A stretch of DNA of 64,000 nt from a virus (lineage: Duplodnaviria > Caudoviricetes): positions 1,876 through 65,875 of the IMG/VR virus record IMGVR_UViG_3300035325_000364; one strand, written 5' to 3'. Shown piece by piece: positions 43,771-54,110 of this stretch. Every line of letters begins with the position of its first letter. Within the stretch, counting starts at the first letter, position 1. The position numbers and the translations under genes are program-made. The notes below the pieces were generated by a model that saw only the letters and a list, made by a program, of their open reading frames with translations, was not told where the DNA came from and made no database searches.

Positions 43771-45249
43771 TTACAGAGATGCGCGGAGCGCACCCTTGAC
43801 CTTGACGTTGTGGATTGCCCCGGAAAGCAGAGCCTCCCATGTGATGTCAGGCATTATGCGGTTTCTGCGCTGGTCCTCGGTGCTGTCGGCATACTTCGGA
43901 ATGACGACCGTAAACACGCCCGCCTTGCTCTCAGCGTCGCGGGCGATGATGTTGTGGTCCACCGCCTCGGACAGAGCTTGCATCACCGCTGTAGCGATAA
44001 AGCCGAAGCCCGCGTCATCATAGTTGATGTTGGCGTTTTCCAGCAGCAGGTTATAGAGCAGGTCGCGCATACGCTTAGCAATCCAGTCGCCGCCCAGCAC
44101 CACGTCAATGAACTCACCGTTGAGACAGGTGCCGTCCTTGACATACTGCCGCTTGTATTCTTCCGTAAGGAAGTTGACGTGGTTCTCCAAAAGAGCGTCC
44201 CGCTCGCCATCAGTAAGTTGCGGCAGGGAGATAACGGATGCGATTTCGGCGTTGCCGTTTTGCGGGCGTTTGAACTTCCACGTTACACTGGTTGGGTAGA
44301 AGGGGGCCACGTTGCCGGTATACGAGGCATCCGGTTCCTCCCTTAGAAATTCCTCATCCGTGTAAATGACCGCAGCTCTGGCGGCGTCACAGGCGAAGTC
44401 CTTGTTGCTGGTCTGGCCCATATAGAATTTGCGGTGGTCCTCCACACCGGCTCCCAGCTCAGCCTCGGTAGGCTCGCTGGCCTCTGCAAACTTGGCGAGC
44501 GCCTGAATATACTCGTCCTCATCTTTATCAACCATCAGGTAGTACCAGTCGTTGTCAACATCGGTCTGAAATTGCTTGATGGCTTTGATGAGGTTCCCAG
44601 CGGCACTGGTCTCATCCGAGCCATTTGTAAATTCCACAGCAGGGTTATCCGCAAAGAGGGGGTTCGTCAGCTCGGCATCCAAGAAGATGTCTGCCTTTCG
44701 CGGAATGGTGTCAGCCTCGCCCTTTTCAGAAGCTGTGTACGTTACAACAGAGCCCTTAACTGTGGCCGCATAGGTCTTTCCGCCCTTCGTGAATTCAGAC
44801 CCTCTGAACAGAGCAGCAAGAGCGGCGCCGGTGCTAATTTCCTCTGCGGCTGTCACAGAGACCACTGCTTTGTCATCGCCGCCGATTCTAAGGCAGACTG
44901 TGCTGTTGCCCTCAATATGCTCAGGCAAATTCCCACTCACGAACGAAACAGTCAGCTCCGCAGCCGTAGCGGGTGTTGCGCTGGTTGGCTCAAAGCCCAC
45001 GATTTTGAATTTGTTTACCAGTGTGTCCGCAAGAGTTGTTTTTCCCTGATTGAGCAGGGTGGTCGCCTTGCGCACGACCTTGGAGTTCGGAGATTCCCCA
45101 GCAGGGCCGAACACCGCCTCAACGCTCGCAACGTCTCTGTATGTCTTTACCGGATATGCCCCGGTAGTGGACACGAGAAGAATGTCGAGGCTTTCTTTTG
45201 TGCTGGGCAGCGCGTCCCGCTGCACAACGACAATTACATCTTTTGCCAT
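43771..45249 (-). CDS. tail sheath protein (DUF3383-like)
   Basis: TWKFK, GEFIDV..G.DW, LSGAIH.V. Confidence 0.85.
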   Translation of the reverse strand: MAKDVIVVVQRDALPSTKESLDILLVSTTGAYPVKTYRDVASVEAVFGPAGESPNSKVVRKATTLLNQGKTTLADTLVNKFKIVGFEPTSATPATAAELTVSFVSGNLPEHIEGNSTVCLRIGGDDKAVVSVTAAEEISTGAALAALFRGSEFTKGGKTYAATVKGSVVTYTASEKGEADTIPRKADIFLDAELTNPLFADNPAVEFTNGSDETSAAGNLIKAIKQFQTDVDNDWYYLMVDKDEDEYIQALAKFAEASEPTEAELGAGVEDHRKFYMGQTSNKDFACDAARAAVIYTDEEFLREEPDASYTGNVAPFYPTSVTWKFKRPQNGNAEIASVISLPQLTDGERDALLENHVNFLTEEYKRQYVKDGTCLNGEFIDVVLGGDWIAKRMRDLLYNLLLENANINYDDAGFGFIATAVMQALSEAVDHNIIARDAESKAGVFTVVIPKYADSTEDQRRNRIMPDITWEALLSGAIHNVKVKGALRASL

Positions 45250-45267
45250 AGGGCAATTCCTCCTTAA

Positions 45268-45801
45268 TTATTGTTTAACGCCTCCTGCGGCGTTGGGTGG
45301 CTTCGATACCGGGCCTGTCGGCATTTCGTCGGTCCGTATATAGGAAAACCGAACATCAAAACCGTATCGGCGAATGGTATCTTCAACCCAAAAGCTGGTG
45401 CGGCTTGACACGTTCCCGACGTTATTCACAACTATCTCCCCGTATTCCGTGGCAATGTTGTGACCGTTCAGCAAGAAAAAGCCGTTGGCTTTTTCCGCGA
45501 GCGCCAGAGCTTCGTCCTCACCGTAGATATAGCCGCCGTCCTCGGATTCGCGGTTCATACTGCAAAACGTGAATGATATGGTAGCAGCTACCGGCTCGGA
45601 GCGGACGAGCGCAAACCCATCTTCCCGTTCAACCACTTCCCGCAGCCCGAAGGTGTAGGTCTGAATGCGCGGAGCTAAGACGCTGTAATAGCCATACGGA
45701 AACTCCGGCATATCCGCTATTTGGTCTGAAAGTGTAACCGGATAGCCGATGTGCGCCTCCAACCCAGCGATAATTGCGTTACGGGCTTGCTCAAAGGTCA
45801 C
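45268..45801 (-). CDS. neck/tail terminator protein
   Basis: position before the sheath gene. Confidence 0.6.
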   Translation of the reverse strand: MTFEQARNAIIAGLEAHIGYPVTLSDQIADMPEFPYGYYSVLAPRIQTYTFGLREVVEREDGFALVRSEPVAATISFTFCSMNRESEDGGYIYGEDEALALAEKANGFFLLNGHNIATEYGEIVVNNVGNVSSRTSFWVEDTIRRYGFDVRFSYIRTDEMPTGPVSKPPNAAGGVKQ

Positions 45802-46151
45802 TTTGCCACCCCCTCCACAAGAAAGCGAAGCATCGGATGAATAGAGTTGTGGTTCAGCTCTGTTGTGACGGTGTAAACTTGCCCGTCAAAGGTATCGCGA
45901 ATGATTTGTCCGGGCTTGATTTTAACCGGGTCATCCGTGTACAATTTTTGCGTGTTTGAGGTAAACGAGCCCTCCGGCAGTTGTTTCCAATCTTTGTTGG
46001 ATAGCGGAAGGACAATGCCCCAAAAAGTCGCAGCGACCTCATAGACCGGTTTGCTCTGCCCTCCGTGAGCAGAATCCCGCACGAACTTCCGGTCAGAGAC
46101 CGTGAGTATATGCAGCAGCGCACGGGGCAGCTTTGGTGTTGCATAGAGCAT
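45798..46151 (-). CDS. head closure protein
   Basis: PLSNKDWKQLPEG pattern; position. Confidence 0.65.
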   Translation of the reverse strand: MLYATPKLPRALLHILTVSDRKFVRDSAHGGQSKPVYEVAATFWGIVLPLSNKDWKQLPEGSFTSNTQKLYTDDPVKIKPGQIIRDTFDGQVYTVTTELNHNSIHPMLRFLVEGVAK

Positions 46152-46154
46152 AAG

Positions 46155-46583
46155 CTATCCCTCCACTTTGAATGCGATACGGTCTCGGATATGTGTGCCC
46201 GTTTCGTATAGCGTTGTATGCTGCGTTTTCTTGGAAAAGTCTGATGACGGGGTTACGCGGTTGCTGTCGATGTAGTTTTGCACCAGTTGGGCGGCTTGCG
46301 CTCCAATGGCGTTTGCCGCTGCACCAGCCGATGTTTGCCCGGATAGGACTTTCGTGACCTGCCCGGTCACGATATTGCTCAGCTCGGCTTGGTCTGCATC
46401 AAAACTCGCCCGTAGGAATGACCGTTCTGGCATTTTCCCGTCACCGTATTCATGAATATGGGCAATCTTGGCGGTTTCACCGCCGCCAATGATACCCACC
46501 GTAATTTTCTTCCCCGCCATCTCCTGACAGGCTTGCTTTAACCGTTCAAACTCTGTGAGAATTGCATTAACATCATCAGCCAT
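46155..46583 (-). CDS. tail completion/virion morphogenesis protein
   Basis: IAHIHEYG...PERSFLR, LYETG; start MADDVN. Confidence 0.7.
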   Translation of the reverse strand: MADDVNAILTEFERLKQACQEMAGKKITVGIIGGGETAKIAHIHEYGDGKMPERSFLRASFDADQAELSNIVTGQVTKVLSGQTSAGAAANAIGAQAAQLVQNYIDSNRVTPSSDFSKKTQHTTLYETGTHIRDRIAFKVEG

Positions 46584-46584
46584 A

Positions 46585-47208
46585 TCAGTACCTCCGATAC
46601 AGATTGAGAAGTTGTGTCCATGCTTCGTTGGTGGACTTATCAAAATCCCAGCGCACATCAGAAATAGAGAACGCAGACAGGCCCTGGGAGCCGTTTTGCA
46701 GCCCAGTATAGGTCTGTGATACAATATCCCACAGAAGTCCTTCAAGGTCAGCAGGGAGTGTCTGAGGCTCATCCTCGGTGGCATCTTTGGGGAGAACATA
46801 CCCAGCAGTATACTTGACCTCGATAATGCGCTTAGATGCTACAATGTCATTTGCCAGTCCTCTGCGCCATCCCGCTTTAAGCCAGCCCTCGTCACGGTAA
46901 ATCACCCCGATGTCGCCGGTCTGTGAGTAGTCATAGCTGTGTGGGTCTACGAGTTCCCCTTGCTGCTTTACATAATCAACTGAAATTATGGGGTATTCTT
47001 CCGTGACGAGTTCTTGCTGGCCGTCAGCGTCGTACCATTGCAGGTACGTTTTCTTGCCTAAATGCCTGCCGATTTGCCGCTCAATCCACGAAGAAGCACG
47101 ATTTACAAGCATCTCAACAATCATGTCGGTTTTCTCGTCCTCAATGTCAGAAAGCCCCAGCATCAGCTTCATCCGTTCCAGAGTTGTTAATGCGTTTTCA
47201 GCAAGCAT
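46585..47208 (-). CDS. head-tail connector
   Basis: LTTLERMK..L, YTAGY...LPADL. Confidence 0.75.
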   Translation of the reverse strand: MLAENALTTLERMKLMLGLSDIEDEKTDMIVEMLVNRASSWIERQIGRHLGKKTYLQWYDADGQQELVTEEYPIISVDYVKQQGELVDPHSYDYSQTGDIGVIYRDEGWLKAGWRRGLANDIVASKRIIEVKYTAGYVLPKDATEDEPQTLPADLEGLLWDIVSQTYTGLQNGSQGLSAFSISDVRWDFDKSTNEAWTQLLNLYRRY

Positions 47209-47389
47209 ATAGGCACCTCCTACTAAAAAGGTGGCGGCGACTTAGCTGTCGCCGCTCTCCTTTTTCTCGCTGTTTCTCTTGGGCTCCTTGACCGGGGGCG
47301 CAGGAGCTTTGGTTTCGGTTACAGGGGCCATCGCTTTGTTGATATCAGGCCCCACGGGTTTATACACTCTCGGCATATTCGGCCCTCCT

Positions 47390-47743
47390 TTACACCGGCT
47401 GGGCGCTCTTATCCCCCAGCACGACAGCGATACCGCCGCCAGCAGCAGTGCCGCTGACAGTAATCTTAATGTAATTCTTGCAGCCAATGAGGTCCAAATC
47501 GAAGTTGGCGACATCGCTCTCTGCCAGCTCTTTGGCCTCGGCAGTGCCGCCGACCACCAGTCGGGTGTCGGGAACAGCCTCGAAGGTGCCGTCCGCAGTA
47601 TCAGCGTGGGTCACTTCCACTTTCACGTCACCTGCGGCCTTTGCAGCCACGGCAACCACACCGGACAGAAAGCCCTCACGGTCAATGACATCCCCGCTGG
47701 TGTAGGGGATTGCCTTTACGTTCTGAATCAGCTCACGTTTCAT
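47390..47743 (-). CDS. capsid decoration/cement-like protein
   Basis: beta-rich small protein directly after the major capsid gene. Confidence 0.5.
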   Translation of the reverse strand: MKRELIQNVKAIPYTSGDVIDREGFLSGVVAVAAKAAGDVKVEVTHADTADGTFEAVPDTRLVVGGTAEAKELAESDVANFDLDLIGCKNYIKITVSGTAAGGGIAVVLGDKSAQPV

Positions 47744-47765
47744 ATTCAGTTACCTCCTGTTTGGA

Positions 47766-49298
47766 TTAGACGGGAACAGCAACCTTGGTTGCCACGGCAA
47801 AGCTCTCGTCATGACGCAGCCCGATGTCTACGTTGTCGATAGCGCGAATGAGGGTCTGGTCGTTCTCAAAGGCAGACACGAGATTGCCCGCCTCGTCAGT
47901 CCACGAACCCTCGCGGCTGGTGTCGATTTCCAACGCACCCTGCTCACCAATGATGAGGTCGTTCCAGTTGCCGAAGATAATGCTGGTCTTGCCGCCGGTG
48001 GTTTCCAGCAGGTTGGTGGTCTTGTAGGGGTAGCCAACCAGTGTACCGTTCTCGTTCATCTCCTTGGCGAAGATGAAGCCGCCTACATTGTCGCGCAGGT
48101 TCTTGAAGAACTGCTCCACGCTGGTGTTGAACACAAAGCCCAAACCATCCGCATACACGTTGTTCTTCAAGACAGAGGCCACCATGAAATTGGGGAACCC
48201 AGCGGTCAAAACGCCGGTGGAATCTGCATAGGCGGCGTCAAGGCTCGTCACGTCGATGCTCTGGACCGCCTTGTTGCGGATGATACCGAGGGGCTGGAAC
48301 TCGCCGCCGGTGCCGAGCAGCGCACCGTAGTCCACGCCAAGAGCCATCTGCTTTGTGATGTCCTGCCCCACGATGACATCATTGTCAAAGTTGGTAGAAC
48401 GCAGAAGGTCGTTGCTCATGGGGATGAGTGCGGTCAGCTTCTTAGCAGACAGCTTCAAATTGCCGAACTTGGGAGCGGTCTTGGGAATTGCGCGGTTCTC
48501 GCCGGTGAACATGGCGCGGGAGCCGGTCTTGATTTTGGGGATGTTCAGGTTGCCGTTCGCCATACCGAGCCGACGCGCACCCAGCGCATAGATGACCGTG
48601 GCGGGGTACAGCAGCTCAATGATTTCGTTGGCGTAGACTTCCGGCACGAGGTAGCCACCATCGCTGGGGGAGGTTGCGGACAGAGCCTTGAACTCATGCG
48701 CCATCTCAGTATCGTTGAACTTGTGCTCAGCGGTATAAGCGGCCTTCTCCACGTCGCCGCCAGCGGCGTTGATACACTTCACAGCGCGACCGAACATACC
48801 GTAAGCGGTCTTGCGGCGCTCCGGTGCAGACATACGCTCCATACGGGCCTTGAAGCCTTCGGGCTTTGCGCCGTCACGAGCCGCGCCAGTGGACATGAAC
48901 AGGCTGGCGTACTTACGCTGCGCGGGAGCAGCAGGGGCAGGAGCCGCACTCTTACCTTCACTACCGCCGACAATAGGGGCCGCTTTGCCCTCATCACCAC
49001 CATTGACAGGCGCGGGCTCGGCAACAGGCTCAAAAGCCTTGGAACCGGCGATAGCTGCCATGATTTTGTCGAGCAGGGCATTCCCTTCGTCGCCCTCGCC
49101 CTTGCCCTCATCAGGGTCGGAATCGGGGTTTGCGGCGGGGTCACTGTCCTCCATCTCAGCGATGACAGCGGAGAGCTCGGCGAGAATATCTTCGTTCGTG
49201 ATGTCATCCACGCTCTTACCGGCCTCGGTGAACTTGGCAGTCAGATTCGCAAATACCTTTGCGATGAGAGCCGCGAGCTGTTCTTTAGTCAGTTTCAT
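47766..49298 (-). CDS. HK97-fold major capsid protein with acidic N-terminal scaffold region
   Basis: DGGYLVPE, L.AKKLTALIPMSNDLL, P.GI, IIFGNW. Confidence 0.92.
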   Translation of the reverse strand: MKLTKEQLAALIAKVFANLTAKFTEAGKSVDDITNEDILAELSAVIAEMEDSDPAANPDSDPDEGKGEGDEGNALLDKIMAAIAGSKAFEPVAEPAPVNGGDEGKAAPIVGGSEGKSAAPAPAAPAQRKYASLFMSTGAARDGAKPEGFKARMERMSAPERRKTAYGMFGRAVKCINAAGGDVEKAAYTAEHKFNDTEMAHEFKALSATSPSDGGYLVPEVYANEIIELLYPATVIYALGARRLGMANGNLNIPKIKTGSRAMFTGENRAIPKTAPKFGNLKLSAKKLTALIPMSNDLLRSTNFDNDVIVGQDITKQMALGVDYGALLGTGGEFQPLGIIRNKAVQSIDVTSLDAAYADSTGVLTAGFPNFMVASVLKNNVYADGLGFVFNTSVEQFFKNLRDNVGGFIFAKEMNENGTLVGYPYKTTNLLETTGGKTSIIFGNWNDLIIGEQGALEIDTSREGSWTDEAGNLVSAFENDQTLIRAIDNVDIGLRHDESFAVATKVAVPV

Positions 49299-49318
49299 AA
49301 TTAAATACCTCCTGTTGA

Positions 49319-50068
49319 TTAGGGGACAATCTCGAAAATCATCCCGGACAGATTTTTTGTTTCCTTGTTGGATTGCTGCTGTTTCTTGCCCTCATCAGGG
49401 TCCTCCGGTGCTTGGGCGGGCGGCTCCAAAAAGGGGCCAAGAATCTCGACAAGCTCCCGAACCACTGCGATGAAGGGTTTCAGAGTGTTGAGCCGTGCCT
49501 GAGTGAGCTTTCCTGCCTTTGCTTCAAGCCGGAGTTCTTCTGCGAGCGACTTGACATCATCAATCTTGGCTTGGTCGTTCATCGCCCATGTGACAATGGA
49601 GACCTCCCACAACTTGATTTCCTTCAAGTAGCGGATGCCGGTTTTACTGTCAAACTCAAACTCCGTAGCATCGTAGCCGATGGACAGCTCATTTAGAACG
49701 CCATCGCGCATGAGCGTTAGAATCTCGCGCCCTTTCTCTGTGTTGCTGATTTTGCCTTTGATGAAAAGGCCCTTATCATCTTCACGCAGTTCAAGCGGCT
49801 TGCCAATAGGCAGGGCATAGCTCTCGTGCTGGGACAGAATTTTGATGCGGTCAAAGTCCTCAGTGATTGTCTTAGCGAACGCGCCTTTCTGTATTACATC
49901 ATGCCCGCTGTCCTCGTTGCCAAAGACTGCGGCATAGCCAGAAAACTCTCCGCTTTCGTCGTCACCGGGATTCTCCAACGCAAACTTGAAAGACTTGTAC
50001 TCGCGTGTTGCCGAAGAAGTGTCAGACTTCTGCTCTCTGCCGCCAGCTCGTTTTCCCTTTCTTGCCAT
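49319..50068 (-). CDS. HK97-family prohead protease
   Basis: FSGYAAVFG, GAFAKT, L.QH, LSIGY, LWEVSIVT. Confidence 0.92.
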   Translation of the reverse strand: MARKGKRAGGREQKSDTSSATREYKSFKFALENPGDDESGEFSGYAAVFGNEDSGHDVIQKGAFAKTITEDFDRIKILSQHESYALPIGKPLELREDDKGLFIKGKISNTEKGREILTLMRDGVLNELSIGYDATEFEFDSKTGIRYLKEIKLWEVSIVTWAMNDQAKIDDVKSLAEELRLEAKAGKLTQARLNTLKPFIAVVRELVEILGPFLEPPAQAPEDPDEGKKQQQSNKETKNLSGMIFEIVP

Positions 50069-50105
50069 ACGGTGTTCCTCCTTTCCTCAGAAGTTGGGGC
50101 TTATC

Positions 50106-52244
50106 TTAAAAACCGCCGTAGGTTAAGTAGCACCGGCAGTTAATAAGCTGTTCGGGGCGACCGTCCTCCGGGTCTCGCGGATAACGAAGCCCATTAGAGA
50201 ACGTATCGTCGATGTTGACTGTTTCGCCTTCGAGAATAACGTGATTGACTTTGCCATGCGTTCCATCTCTTGGGTCAATCTGATTGCGGTGGTGCCACGT
50301 TTTAGTTGTCGCACCGGACGCTTTCATCATGTCAAACTGGCCTGTTGCAAGAGCCGTCATGGTCTCCTGACGGGCGATGAGCTTTGCCCTTGTTTGGGTC
50401 GTGCTCATTTCCGACAGGACTGCCTTCTGAATCTCTCGCTGGCTCTGTCCGCTTTCGACGCCCTTCGCAATGACATTGGCGATGCCGTCCCTTGTGGTTT
50501 GCTGAATGCCCACGATACGCTTTGCGCCGTTGACCTTTGCGGCAGACACAAACTCAGGCCGCTGGATTTCGGTGATGCCGTAGGCTTCTGCACTGACGAT
50601 TTCGCCGTCCTCATACGCTGCTTTCCATATTGGCGTGAACAACTTCGTCAGCTTCTTTACCTCTGCGTCCCAATTTAGCAGACCTGCCGCTATACCTTCC
50701 GACAGTTTTACTTGTTCTGCCTCAGTCAAAGCGGCCCATTTCTCAGGGTCAAACGTCCCGTCATCGAGTAGATAATCTGCAAGCGGAGACAGGAACGAAG
50801 GCGTATCAGCTTTTGATGTCAGGCCGATTGCCGCCTCCACAGCTTTCTGTTGTTCGGAGAAGTGGCGTGTTATTGCTGCCATGAACCTACGCTCGCTTAT
50901 GCGGGCTACTTGTTCCTCCTTACGGAGCATGGCTGAAATATTCACCCGCCGTCTGGACTTAATGCCCTTGGAATCAATGGTGTCCATCGGAATGATAGTA
51001 TCCTCTTGAAACATCGCCTGTGTAACCGCCGCAGGGTCGTCGCCTTCGTTCAAGAACAGGTCGTTCACGCTGACTTTGAACACGTCCCCGCCCTCGGTAT
51101 CAGGCAGGTCTAAAAGCTCGCGGGCTTCATTCTTGGTGAGCAGCCCTGCGTTGTAAGCGTCAAGGGCTTTGGCCTTATCAAACTCCTTGTCGAAGGGGAT
51201 AACCGGGTCGTACCGCCACACGAGGCCGTCACCGAATAGCGGGAGCAGTTGCTTGTTAATGGCTTCTTCCCGCATACGAATACGGGGCGTGAGGACATTC
51301 TTAGCGTAGATGTACTGCGCGGAATCCGCAGTGGAGCGATTGCTGTTCTCGGTGATGCCCATGATTTCACGCGGTACGCCAAAGTGTTCCAGCACCGCGT
51401 CACGGAGTGCCACACGGCTTTCCACAAACCCAAGCTCACGAGTATCACTTGAGCCGAAGGTTTTCACGTCGATATTTCCGGTAAGCGCCGCCGCCTTATG
51501 GCTGTTCTCCACGCCTTTGTGCTTCTGGTTCCAGCGAGCCATGAAAGCCTCACTTTGTTCTTTCGAGGCATCCGGCATAAGAAATACAACCGGAGGTAAA
51601 GCATCGTTGTAGAAAAAGCGCTTCTGGAACTTCGCTGCGTATTCGTCAATCTCAACCTCATCTGCGATGCTTTCCGCAATGCCAAGCCCGCGCATGAATG
51701 GGTCAAGTGGATTTAGCTGCTTCATCACAAACATATCATCCACCGGCACGTCCATCACCAACCCGCCGGGTGAAACGATTTGATATGTTGGACTGCCGAG
51801 GTGTGGGGTCATCTTGACCCAGTGCGGAGGGACGTTCCACAACTCGACGGGTCGGTCAAATTGATCCCGCTCAATGAGCAGGAATCCCTCGCCCACCAGC
51901 ATAAGGTAGACTTCATGTAGCCGCCAGATAGCTGAACTCGTCATCTCATAAAGCGGGTTGGGTTGCTCCATGAACCGAAGGAAAGGATGGTCGGTAATTT
52001 CCGTCTCGGTGCCATCCTTTTCGATATACAGCAGCTTGCCGCTGCAATTCGCAAGGTCGTTGGCAATTCGGTCCACAACTGCTAAACGTGGGCTCTTGGA
52101 GAACATATCCAGCCATTCGGCAGTATTCAAAGAGGGCGGTCTTGCCCAACGCGATACGAAGCGGTTCTGGTCTTTCCCAGTGTACTGCTCGCGCACCTTG
52201 CGCTTTCCTGTAAAGATTTCAAATATACTCATTCTGCACCTCAT
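50106..52244 (-). CDS. portal protein fused to a MuF/SPP1 gp7-like head protein
   Basis: N-terminal HK97-type portal (YLML.GE, FGVP..I.G, NEARE); C-terminal IARQET...KTW...RYPRDP...NCRC. Confidence 0.85.
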   Translation of the reverse strand: MRCRMSIFEIFTGKRKVREQYTGKDQNRFVSRWARPPSLNTAEWLDMFSKSPRLAVVDRIANDLANCSGKLLYIEKDGTETEITDHPFLRFMEQPNPLYEMTSSAIWRLHEVYLMLVGEGFLLIERDQFDRPVELWNVPPHWVKMTPHLGSPTYQIVSPGGLVMDVPVDDMFVMKQLNPLDPFMRGLGIAESIADEVEIDEYAAKFQKRFFYNDALPPVVFLMPDASKEQSEAFMARWNQKHKGVENSHKAAALTGNIDVKTFGSSDTRELGFVESRVALRDAVLEHFGVPREIMGITENSNRSTADSAQYIYAKNVLTPRIRMREEAINKQLLPLFGDGLVWRYDPVIPFDKEFDKAKALDAYNAGLLTKNEARELLDLPDTEGGDVFKVSVNDLFLNEGDDPAAVTQAMFQEDTIIPMDTIDSKGIKSRRRVNISAMLRKEEQVARISERRFMAAITRHFSEQQKAVEAAIGLTSKADTPSFLSPLADYLLDDGTFDPEKWAALTEAEQVKLSEGIAAGLLNWDAEVKKLTKLFTPIWKAAYEDGEIVSAEAYGITEIQRPEFVSAAKVNGAKRIVGIQQTTRDGIANVIAKGVESGQSQREIQKAVLSEMSTTQTRAKLIARQETMTALATGQFDMMKASGATTKTWHHRNQIDPRDGTHGKVNHVILEGETVNIDDTFSNGLRYPRDPEDGRPEQLINCRCYLTYGGF

Positions 52245-53692
52245 CCAAAGGAGAAGCTAAACTCCGGTTTTTCAACTTCAAGCTCCAAATAGGCGTTTGC
52301 CGAAGCGTCAACCATGTCTTTCAGCTTGCCAATAGGGAAGTTTTCAAGCTGTCGAAAGTAATCATCGTTCCACTCCGCAACCTTGACATCCACGTTCCCT
52401 GCAAGCCACTGTGAGGAAAACGGCTCGGCGCGTGTGACCTTATCGCCGCTTTCCAAGGCAACCGAAACGGTATAACCGCCAAGCATACGCACAAAGCTCT
52501 GCGCTTGGTCTTTACCGGCCTGTCCGGGGTCTTGCGGCAGACGCACCGTCACGTTGCCGTAGAGGGCGTTGTCACTGGCGGCTGTGGTCTTAATCAGCTT
52601 ACGCACGTCAGCGCCGTTCTCGCGGACATTGATGACATCGGCGACAAATATTCTGCCGTTCCGACGTTTACCCATCAGAACACCGGCGGTGTAGGCGCTG
52701 TCATCGCCTCGTGCGGAGCCACGCCGCGCCGGACCCTCCATGTCCTCTAACTCGCCGGGAGCGGTAGCTGCAAGGTCCCACGCTCTGACCCACTTGACTA
52801 TATCCGTAGGAACAGCAGACAGCGGGTTGACTTTGGACCGCTTGAAGTAGTGGCCCGCAGACCTGCGGATTTTCCAGTTACCATTGAGCAGCTGCTCTTG
52901 GTCGAACTCGGACATGGCCTTTAGAGAGCCGATATAACCGGGGTCGTGCTTCATCAGGACTTTATTATCAGTAACTTTTGCACTGATGAACGTAACGGAC
53001 TTGACCTCGTTGCGTTCCTCGAATGTGCGCAAGTCGAAGGTTTCCCACAGTTCCTCTCGTGTATCTGCCCAATGCGTGACATTGTTTTTGCGGACGAAAT
53101 ACCGCAGCTTACCGCACTTGCTTTCGTCAGCATAGCCCGTCTCTGGGTCAATCCACCAGTCAATAAATTTAGCCACCCAACTTTCCCCATCAGGATTGCA
53201 GGTGGCTCGAATGTATGGTGTAACGCCACAGGTCGAACGATTACGAGAGAACATATAGAAAAACTGGCTCTCCGTGAAGTGAACCAGCTCATCAAACATC
53301 AGCAGAGGTATCTGAGCGCCTTGGTAGTTATACTTCTCCTTCTCATAGAACATATAGGCGAAAGTAACCTTTGCGCCAGATGGGAACCTCCACTGGATGC
53401 TTGGTGTCAGTACACTTGTTGCGCCAAGATTTGGGTAGATTTCTTGGCTGGTGGCATAAAGACCGCCAGCGTTCATTATCTGCGGTCTGGACTGCCGGAA
53501 TATGACGGCCTCAAAACGGGGGTTGTTGATATGCCGTAGACATTCGAGCAGCAGGGCGTAGGTCTTGCCGCCACCTGCTGCGCCGCCATAAATACAGATA
53601 TCCGCAGGGGACCGCAGAAATAGCTCTTGTTTGCCCGCTTGCGGGCGTATGATTCGAGGCTGGCTCGCAGTCTCGGTTTTACTTCTTCCCAT
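52241..53692 (-). CDS. terL: terminase large subunit
   Basis: GGAAGGGKT Walker A, FDEL Walker B, RATCNP, WDLA, DMVDA. Confidence 0.93.
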   Translation of the reverse strand: MGRSKTETASQPRIIRPQAGKQELFLRSPADICIYGGAAGGGKTYALLLECLRHINNPRFEAVIFRQSRPQIMNAGGLYATSQEIYPNLGATSVLTPSIQWRFPSGAKVTFAYMFYEKEKYNYQGAQIPLLMFDELVHFTESQFFYMFSRNRSTCGVTPYIRATCNPDGESWVAKFIDWWIDPETGYADESKCGKLRYFVRKNNVTHWADTREELWETFDLRTFEERNEVKSVTFISAKVTDNKVLMKHDPGYIGSLKAMSEFDQEQLLNGNWKIRRSAGHYFKRSKVNPLSAVPTDIVKWVRAWDLAATAPGELEDMEGPARRGSARGDDSAYTAGVLMGKRRNGRIFVADVINVRENGADVRKLIKTTAASDNALYGNVTVRLPQDPGQAGKDQAQSFVRMLGGYTVSVALESGDKVTRAEPFSSQWLAGNVDVKVAEWNDDYFRQLENFPIGKLKDMVDASANAYLELEVEKPEFSFSFG

Positions 53693-54110
53693 TTTGCCCG
53701 CTCACCTCCGAATCCTTTTCGGGTAGATAAATCTGGACAGGAGCCTGAACGGAAACAGGCGTTCCGGTAATCTTGGCTTCAATGGCTTTCCGGTCGTTAA
53801 AGAAGTCGCCGCCATACACCTTTAAGGCATAAATGATGGCGGTCGTGTCACCGCTCGAAACTCTTTCCATTAGCTTGTTTTGGCACATAGCCACAACAGA
53901 AAGACGGCCTGTTTCGATTGCCTTCTTTAGTGCGGGGTGCTCTTTCTGCAATTTCTGTAAGGTTCGCCGCGTAATGTCGAAAACACTGGCAATTTCCTCC
54001 ATCGACTTTCCCTGCATAGACAGGGATTGAATGATGGCAAGATTATTCTCTACGTCACCAGATTCTACCCACTGCTCAAACAAGTCCTTTCTTTTCTTAT
54101 CATTAGTCAT
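53679..54110 (-). CDS. terS: terminase small subunit
   Basis: HTH followed by TAIIYALK; directly upstream of terL. Confidence 0.75.
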   Translation of the reverse strand: MTNDKKRKDLFEQWVESGDVENNLAIIQSLSMQGKSMEEIASVFDITRRTLQKLQKEHPALKKAIETGRLSVVAMCQNKLMERVSSGDTTAIIYALKVYGGDFFNDRKAIEAKITGTPVSVQAPVQIYLPEKDSEVSGQNGKK

